Source: Pseudomonas aeruginosa (GTDB taxonomy: Bacteria; Pseudomonadota; Gammaproteobacteria; Pseudomonadales; Pseudomonadaceae). From it: 32,000 nt of DNA. The position numbers and the translations under genes were made by a program. The stretch spans positions 5,130,001 through 5,162,000 of the forward strand of contig NZ_LN831024.1 of assembly GCF_001457615.1 (NCBI RefSeq), given 5' to 3'. The notes under the pieces were generated by a model. That model saw only the letters and a list, made by a program, of their open reading frames with translations. It made no database searches and was not told where the DNA came from. This document shows, in pieces, positions 26,528-32,000 of this stretch; the stretch's first letter is position 1, and each line of letters begins with the position of its first letter.

Positions 26528-28555
26528 ATGCCTGCTTCTTTCCCGCGCCTCGGCTTGCTCGGCGCGCTGTGCTCCATCGTTCCCCTGCTCCATGCCAGCG
26601 AACCGACCACGGACGCTGCGCTCATCGAAAAAGGCCGCTACGTGGCCCAGCTCGGCGACTGCATCGCCTGCCATACCGGCCCGCAGGGCGCGCCGATGGC
26701 CGGCGGCCTGGAGCTGAAGACGCCAATGGGTACCATCTACTCGACCAACATCACTCCCGACCGGGAGACCGGCATCGGCCGCTACAGCTTCGAAGAGTTC
26801 GACCGCGCCATGCGCAAGGGGGTGACCGCCGAGGGAGTGAATCTCTATCCGGCGATGCCCTACCCGTCCTACGCCAAGATCAGCGAAGAAGACATGCGTG
26901 CGCTGTACGCCTACCTGATGCACGGCGTGCAACCCGTCACCCAGGCGAATACGCCGAGCGCGATGAGCTGGCCGTTCAACCAGCGCTGGGGCCTGTCGCT
27001 GTGGAACTGGGCGTTCCTCGACGACGCGCCGTTCACCCCCTCCAGCGACGCGGACCCGGCGATCAACCGCGGCGCCTACCTGGTACAGGGACTCGGCCAC
27101 TGCGGCGCCTGCCATACTCCGCGCGGCATCGCCTTCCAGGAAAAAGCCATGAGCGAAGCCGGTCGTTCCGGGCAGCTCTACCTCGCCGGCGAAACCGTCG
27201 AACAATGGCAAGCGCTGAGCCTGCGCAACCTGTGGACGGTGGAGGACACCGTGCAGTTGCTGAAGACCGGGCAGAACCGCTTCGCCACGGTGTCCGGCAG
27301 CATGACCGATGTCATCCACCACAGCACCCAGCACTTCAGCGACGACGATCTGCTGGCCATCGCCAGCTACCTGAAGTCCCTGCCGGCCGGCAAGGACGAC
27401 CTGCCCATGCCCGACAGCGAACGCCCACTGGCAGCACCGGTCGACCTGTACAGCTCGCGGGGCGGTCTCGGCTACGCGCAGTTCTGCTCCGACTGCCACC
27501 GCAAGGACGGCAGCGGCGTCCCGGGCATGTTCCCGCCGCTGGCCGGCAACCCCACGGTCGCTTCGGCCAACCCGAGCACGCTACTGCATATCACCCTTAC
27601 CGGTTGGAAAACCGCGCAGACCGCAACCCACTCGCGGGTCTACACCATGCCCGGCTTCGCCCAGCTGGAAGACCGCGAAATCGCCGAGATCCTCAGCTTC
27701 GTCCGCAGCAGTTGGGGCAACCAGGGTTCGTCGATCGATGCCGGCCAGGTGAAGAAACTGCGCCAGCGGATCGAGGCCGGCAACGGCCCGGCCACGACCT
27801 TCGTCTCTCCACGCCTGGCGGACATGCTCGCGGCGCCGAACGCCGAACAGGTGGTACGCGGCATGCGCCTGCACCTGGAGACCCGCGAGCTGCTGCCGGC
27901 GAACGTCGGCAACCAGTTGAACTGCACCAGTTGCCACCTGAACGCCGGAACCGTAGCCGACGGCTCGCCCTTCGTCGGCGTCTCGGCGTTCTTCCCCAGC
28001 TACGCGCCCCGGGCGGGCAAGGTCATCGGCCTGGAGGAACGCATCAACGGCTGCTTCCGGCGCTCGATGAACGGTAAGCCTCTGCCACCGGACTCTGCCG
28101 ACATGCAGGCGATGGTGGCCTACTTCGACTGGATGAAGAACAACACCCGGCCGCAGGACAAGGTCGCCGGCCGCGGCGTCGGCAAGGTCGACCCGGCGCT
28201 GAAGCCCGACCCGGAGAACGGCCGCAAGGTCTACGCCCGACAATGCGCGGTGTGTCATGGCGAGAATGGCGAGGGGCTGAGGAACAGTGCCGGCGAGATG
28301 CTCTTCCCACCGCTGTGGGGCGACGAGTCGTTCAATATCGGCGCCGGCATGGCGCGGACCTTCACCGCTGCCGCCTTCGTCAAGCACAACATGCCGATCG
28401 GCTTCCAGGAACGCTTCCCGCTCGGCCAGGGCGGCCTCAACGACCAGGACGCAGTGGACGTCGCGGAGTACTTTTCGCACCAGCCGCGCCCGGACTTCCC
28501 GGACAAGATCAAGGACTGGCCGAAGGACAAGCGTCCGCTGGATGCCCGCTACTGA
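26528..28555 (+). CDS. Periplasmic five-heme c-type cytochrome: triheme dehydrogenase-cytochrome-like N-terminal part fused to a diheme TsdA/SoxA-like C-terminal part
   Basis: Start ATG 26528 (AGGATGAGGAA upstream). Signal peptide MPASFPRLGLLGALCSIVPLLHA|SEP. Five CxxCH motifs: CIACH (26660), CGACH, CSDCH, CTSCH (27923) and CAVCH (28244). 675 aa. Confidence 0.85.
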   Translation: MPASFPRLGLLGALCSIVPLLHASEPTTDAALIEKGRYVAQLGDCIACHTGPQGAPMAGGLELKTPMGTIYSTNITPDRETGIGRYSFEEFDRAMRKGVTAEGVNLYPAMPYPSYAKISEEDMRALYAYLMHGVQPVTQANTPSAMSWPFNQRWGLSLWNWAFLDDAPFTPSSDADPAINRGAYLVQGLGHCGACHTPRGIAFQEKAMSEAGRSGQLYLAGETVEQWQALSLRNLWTVEDTVQLLKTGQNRFATVSGSMTDVIHHSTQHFSDDDLLAIASYLKSLPAGKDDLPMPDSERPLAAPVDLYSSRGGLGYAQFCSDCHRKDGSGVPGMFPPLAGNPTVASANPSTLLHITLTGWKTAQTATHSRVYTMPGFAQLEDREIAEILSFVRSSWGNQGSSIDAGQVKKLRQRIEAGNGPATTFVSPRLADMLAAPNAEQVVRGMRLHLETRELLPANVGNQLNCTSCHLNAGTVADGSPFVGVSAFFPSYAPRAGKVIGLEERINGCFRRSMNGKPLPPDSADMQAMVAYFDWMKNNTRPQDKVAGRGVGKVDPALKPDPENGRKVYARQCAVCHGENGEGLRNSAGEMLFPPLWGDESFNIGAGMARTFTAAAFVKHNMPIGFQERFPLGQGGLNDQDAVDVAEYFSHQPRPDFPDKIKDWPKDKRPLDARY

Positions 28556-28567
28556 TGCCGCCATGAA

Positions 28568-28599
28568 AAACGCCCCGTCGATGCGTCGACGGGGCGTTT
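28568..28599. terminator. Bidirectional intrinsic terminator between the cytochrome gene and fklB
   Basis: AAACGCCCCGTCGA (28568-28581), loop TGCG, TCGACGGGGCGTTT (28586-28599). A perfect 14-bp stem. Confidence 0.85.
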
Positions 28600-28624
28600 C
28601 GCTCCTTCCTGGGGCCGATGCGCC

Positions 28625-29242
28625 TCAGAGGATTTCCAGCAGTTCGACGTCGAACACCAGCACGCTGTGCGGGGGAATGCTGCCGACCGCCTGGCCGCCA
28701 TAGGCCAGTTCGCTCGGTACGTGCAGGCGCCACTTGGAGCCGGCGTTCATCAGTTGCAGCGCTTCGACCCAGCCGGCGATCACGCCGCCCACCGGGAACT
28801 CGGCCGGCTGGCCGCGCTGGTAGGAGCTGTCGAATACGGTGCCGTCGATCAGGGTGCCGTGGTAGTGGGTGCGCACGGTATCCTCGCGGGAAGGCTTGGC
28901 GCCCTCGCCAGTGCTCAGCACTTCGAACTGCAGGCCCGAGGGCAGCACGGTCACGCCTTCGCGCTTGGCGTTCTCGGCCAGGTAGGCGCGGCCTTCGCCA
29001 GCGGCGGCTTCGGCCTTGGCCTGGGCTTCGGCCTGCATGCGCTCGCGGATCACCTGGAAGCTGGCCGACAGCGCCTCGCCGGAAACCCGGCTGTCGATAC
29101 CTGCGAACGCATCGGACAGGCCGGCCAGGACTGCGTCCAGGGTCATGCCCGGAACCGGATTCTCGCGCAGTTGGTCGCCCAGTTGACGGCCGATGCCGTA
29201 GCTGACACGGGCTTCGTCAGTGGTCAGGTTGAGTTCGCTCAT
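28625..29242 (-). CDS. fklB: FKBP-type peptidyl-prolyl cis-trans isomerase FklB
   Basis: 205 aa. N-terminal dimerisation helix region plus a C-terminal FKBP domain (GVTVLPSGLQFEVL…HYHGTLIDGTVFDSSYQRGQPAEFPVGGVIAGWVEALQLM). Confidence 0.93.
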   Translation of the reverse strand: MSELNLTTDEARVSYGIGRQLGDQLRENPVPGMTLDAVLAGLSDAFAGIDSRVSGEALSASFQVIRERMQAEAQAKAEAAAGEGRAYLAENAKREGVTVLPSGLQFEVLSTGEGAKPSREDTVRTHYHGTLIDGTVFDSSYQRGQPAEFPVGGVIAGWVEALQLMNAGSKWRLHVPSELAYGGQAVGSIPPHSVLVFDVELLEIL

Positions 29243-29326
29243 GGCGCTGCTCCGCTGTGGGGTCGAAAAAGGGCGGCCAGCCTAGCACAGAAGGCCCTTC
29301 CCCCCTACCGGCGCAGCCGCTTGTGC

Positions 29327-29632
29327 TCAACCCTGGCGGATCGACAGCGGCAGCCCGCCGATAAACGAACCCGACTCGGCCAGGAGTCCACACATCTCGT
29401 CATCGACATCGGCGCACACCAACTCCACCGGAACCCTGTCCAGCCCGCGCAGTACCTGGCGCGCATGCTCCACGGAGCGCAGGCTGACCGGCTGGCCGAG
29501 ATCGTCCTCCACCGGATAGGCGCGGTCGCCCATCTGCGCCTCCAGGACATAGATGCCGCCCTCCAGCGACACCAGGTGCAAGGCGTCGATATGTCCGGCC
29601 TGGACCCGGCCGGCGAGATCCTGCATGTTCAT
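29327..29632 (-). CDS. Hypothetical protein, 101 aa
   Basis: ATG 29632 with GAGAGG 6 nt upstream. High-GC3 codon usage throughout. Acidic soluble protein (MNMQDLAGRVQAGHIDALHLVSLEGGIYVLEAQMGDRAYPVEDD…). I recognise no motif. Confidence 0.65.
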   Translation of the reverse strand: MNMQDLAGRVQAGHIDALHLVSLEGGIYVLEAQMGDRAYPVEDDLGQPVSLRSVEHARQVLRGLDRVPVELVCADVDDEMCGLLAESGSFIGGLPLSIRQG

Positions 29633-29830
29633 CGCGAACCTCTCGAGGTTGCGCAGGCAGCGGAAGCCTCCAGGTTTCCGCCAACCGCCTCGGTCCCGAC
29701 AGCGCCGGCCCGATTCCCGGCATCGTCCGGCCGGCAGGCCCCGACGATGCGAAGGACGCCCGCTCCCGGCGTCCGCCCGATATCACAGGAAAGTCTTGCC
29801 CAGGCGGCAGGCAACGCAAGCCGGAAACGC

Positions 29831-29864
29831 CGCCGCCCGTCCGTTTTACAACGGCCGGGCGGCG
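29831..29864 (-). terminator. Probable terminator after yqhA
   Basis: CGCCGCCCG (29831-29839) pairs with CGGGCGGCG (29856-29864), with an inner CCGT/ACGG extension. The minus-strand tail GCGTTTCC is only weakly U-rich. Confidence 0.5.
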
Positions 29865-29888
29865 CGAGCGAAACACTGGAGAGGGTCG

Positions 29889-30377
29889 TCAGTGACGGGT
29901 CTGCTTATCCAGGTAGCCCATGGCGAACGCCGAGAGCACGAAGGTCATGTGGATGATCACGTACCACATCAGCTTGTTGTCCGGCACATTCTTCGCGTCC
30001 ATGAAGATGCGCAACAGGTGGATCGAAGAGATCGCCACGATGGAGGCGGCCACCTTGTTCTTCAGCGAGCCGGAATCCATCTTGCCCAACCAGCTGAGCT
30101 TTTCCTTGCCTTCGTCGATGTCCAGTTGCGAAACGAAGTTCTCGTAGCCGGAGATCATCACCATGACCAACAGGCCGCCAACCAGAGCCATGTCGATCAG
30201 TGAGAGCAGGACCAGGATCAGGTCGGCCTCGGCCATCGCGAAGATGTTCGGGATGACGTGGAATATTTCCTGGAAGAACTTGATGGTCAACGCCAGCAGC
30301 GCCAGCGACAGGCCCATGTAGATGGGAGCCAGCAGCCAGCGCGAGGCGTACATGGCGTTTTCGAAAAAGCGTTCCAT
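29889..30377 (-). CDS. yqhA: UPF0114 family inner-membrane protein YqhA
   Basis: True start ATG 30377 ([40 protein letters not shown]…); the track ORF extends falsely to 30863. 162 aa, multiple TM helices, typical YqhA sequence. Confidence 0.88.
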
Positions 30378-30441
30378 GGTCTCTTGAGTGTATGTGCAGG
30401 GGAAAATGGGGCGGCGAGTATAACGCAGCGGCCGGCGGTTT

Positions 30442-30464
30442 TTATCCAGAAAATCTGTGGATAA
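30442..30464. promoter_or_regulatory. Inverted pair of DnaA-box-like 9-mers in the yqhA upstream region
   Basis: TTATCCAGA (30442-30450, + strand, 8/9) and TGTGGATAA (30456-30464), which is TTATCCACA on the minus strand (9/9 to the DnaA box consensus), separated by 5 nt. A candidate -10 TATACT (30422-30417, minus strand) lies just downstream. Confidence 0.4.
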
Positions 30465-30550
30465 ATATGTGCACCGAGCCGGGATGGATCCCGCCAGCGA
30501 TGATGGCACGGGGCCTCGGCCGGATTGCTCAGGCTTTGCCCAGGCGCCGC

Positions 30551-30892
30551 TCAGGATTCCGGGCGAAACAGGTAGTCGCCGACATGCGGCCGTCGTTCGC
30601 CATTGAGTCGGCGCAGTTCGCCCTGCAGGTGCAAGCGCCAGATCGGCGGGTCGACGGCTTCGATATAGCCTTGCTGGGCCAGGCAGTCGGCAATCGCCTG
30701 CAACACCCCTTCGGCCACCAGCGGTCCGTGGAAGGGGCCCTGGGCCTTGATCGCCGAAGGCTGGGAGCCGGACATGCCGGCGGCGCAAAGCAGGGTCCAG
30801 AGTCCGTTCTCTCCGGCCAGCGGCCTGACCACGCATTCGATTCGCGTGGTCAGCCCCAGACAAGGGCGGATGAGGCAGAGGTTACGCGGCAT
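30551..30892 (-). CDS. Hypothetical protein, 113 aa
   Basis: ATG 30892 with GAGGA 7 nt upstream and high GC3. [78 protein letters not shown]…. No recognisable motif. Confidence 0.6.
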
Positions 30893-30989
30893 GGCGGCAT
30901 CCTCACGGGGGTTCCCAGTTTTGAGCCTACACCTGCCGCCAGGTTCCGCATAGCGCCGGCGGGAACTTGTCCACAGGGCTGAAACGCAC

Positions 30990-31017
30990 GAGGGCGGGGC
31001 TTTCCAGCCCCGCCCTC
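30990..31017 (-). terminator. Hairpin terminator after the Lon-like protease gene
   Basis: GAGGGCGGGGCT (30990-31001), loop TTCC, AGCCCCGCCCTC (31006-31017). A perfect 12-bp stem. The minus-strand tail GTGCGTTTC is only moderately U-rich. Confidence 0.6.
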
Positions 31018-31042
31018 GACAGGTTCCGACAGCGCGCCAGGC

Positions 31043-32000
31043 TCAGTCCTTCTTCGCCGCGGCCTTGTCCTTCGCCACGACGGTCTCTTTCTCCGCCGGT
31101 TTGTCCTTTTCCTTGTCGTCCTCTTCCATGCCGAGTTCGGATATCTCCTGCAAGCGCGCCACGACCAGATCGTTCACGCTGCCTTTCGGGAAGCGTCCCT
31201 TCTCGTCCTGGGCACCGACCGGCTTGCCCACCAGCAGCGCCAGCGCCTCGTCCACCTCGCGCACCGCGTAGACGTGGAACTGCCCGGCGCGCACCGCCTG
31301 CAACACGCGCTCGTCGAGCATCAGGGTAGTGACGTTGGCGCGCGGGATGATCACACCCTGCTCGCCGGTCAGGCCGCGCGCTTCGCAGAGGCGGAAGAAG
31401 CCCTCGATCTTCTCGTTGACGCCGCCGACCGCCTGCACCTCGCCGAACTGGTTGATCGAGCCGGTAATGGCGAAGCACTGCTTCAAGGGCGTCCGCGACA
31501 GCGCCGAGATCAGCGTGCAGACCTCGCCCAGCGAGGCGCTGTCGCCGTCCACGTAGCCGTAGGATTGTTCCAGGGCGATGCTGGCGGAGATTTCCAGGGG
31601 GAACTCCTGGGCGTAGCGGCTACCCAGGTAGCCGGTAAGGATCATCACGCCCTTGGAGTGGATCGGCTGGCCGAGGTTGACTTCGCGCTCGATATCGACG
31701 ATGCCGCTGCTGCCCGGATAGACGGTCGCGGAAATCCGCGCCGGCACGCCGAACACCGAGTCGCCCACCTCCAGCACGGTCAGTCCGTTGCACTTGCCGA
31801 CCGCGGCGCCAGCGGTGTCGATCAGGATGATCCCCGCCAGCATGTCGTCGAGGATCCGCGCCGACACCCGTCCGGTGCGGGTCTGCTTGGCCTTGAGGGC
31901 ACGCTCGATGTGGCCGAGCTGGATCACCTCCTCGTTCGCCAGCTGACGGATGAAATCGGCTTCGCTGACCAACTGGAACAGATCGCCGATCCGTGCCGAA
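31043..32000 (-). CDS. Lon-like ATP-dependent protease, C-terminal S16 domain (5' part lies beyond the window)
   Basis: The frame stays open to the window edge; the track M at 31972 is a TTG inside the gene (…SARIGDLFQLVSEADFIRQLANEE…). Lon_C proteolytic domain with Ser motif YVDGDSASLGEVCTLISALS and Lys motif GGVNEKIEGFF. Lys/Glu/Asp-rich tail. Confidence 0.85.
   Translation of the reverse strand, partial: SARIGDLFQLVSEADFIRQLANEEVIQLGHIERALKAKQTRTGRVSARILDDMLAGIILIDTAGAAVGKCNGLTVLEVGDSVFGVPARISATVYPGSSGIVDIEREVNLGQPIHSKGVMILTGYLGSRYAQEFPLEISASIALEQSYGYVDGDSASLGEVCTLISALSRTPLKQCFAITGSINQFGEVQAVGGVNEKIEGFFRLCEARGLTGEQGVIIPRANVTTLMLDERVLQAVRAGQFHVYAVREVDEALALLVGKPVGAQDEKGRFPKGSVNDLVVARLQEISELGMEEDDKEKDKPAEKETVVAKDKAAAKKD

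Overview
This is high-GC gammaproteobacterial chromosome. By gene content, order and protein sequences it is Pseudomonas aeruginosa; from memory it matches the PAO1 PA4545-PA4576 neighbourhood, which I could not check by alignment. Left to right: the 3' part of bamD/comL; a small membrane/zinc-ribbon ORF overlapping the start of pilS; pilS-pilR (type IV pilus two-component system); a convergent ThiO-like FAD oxidase; the minor-pilin locus fimT, fimU-pilV-pilW-pilX-pilY1-pilY2-pilE (+ strand); the minus-strand housekeeping run ribF-ileS-lspA-fkpB-ispH; murJ; rpsT; rplU-rpmA-obg-proB-creA (minus); ispB; a small ORF behind a strong Fur-box-like site; a five-heme c-type cytochrome; fklB; two small hypothetical genes flanking yqhA; and the 3' part of a Lon-like protease. 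I saw no rRNA, tRNA, CRISPR array, IS or transposon ends, integrase, or recognisable defence system. The many long ORFs antisense to real genes are the usual high-GC artefact. Many ORF-track entries carry false N-terminal extensions, so I re-set starts using RBS, leader-peptide logic and stop/start overlaps. I do not see a convincing novel multi-gene system. The best leads are: (1) the Fur-box-controlled small ORF at about 25.9-26.2 kb; (2) an inverted pair of DnaA-box sequences in the yqhA promoter; (3) a triheme plus TsdA-like diheme cytochrome fusion; (4) the small zinc-ribbon membrane protein coupled to pilS; (5) FimT with a C-terminal GRxR motif and a non-canonical Ala at -1 of its prepilin leader.
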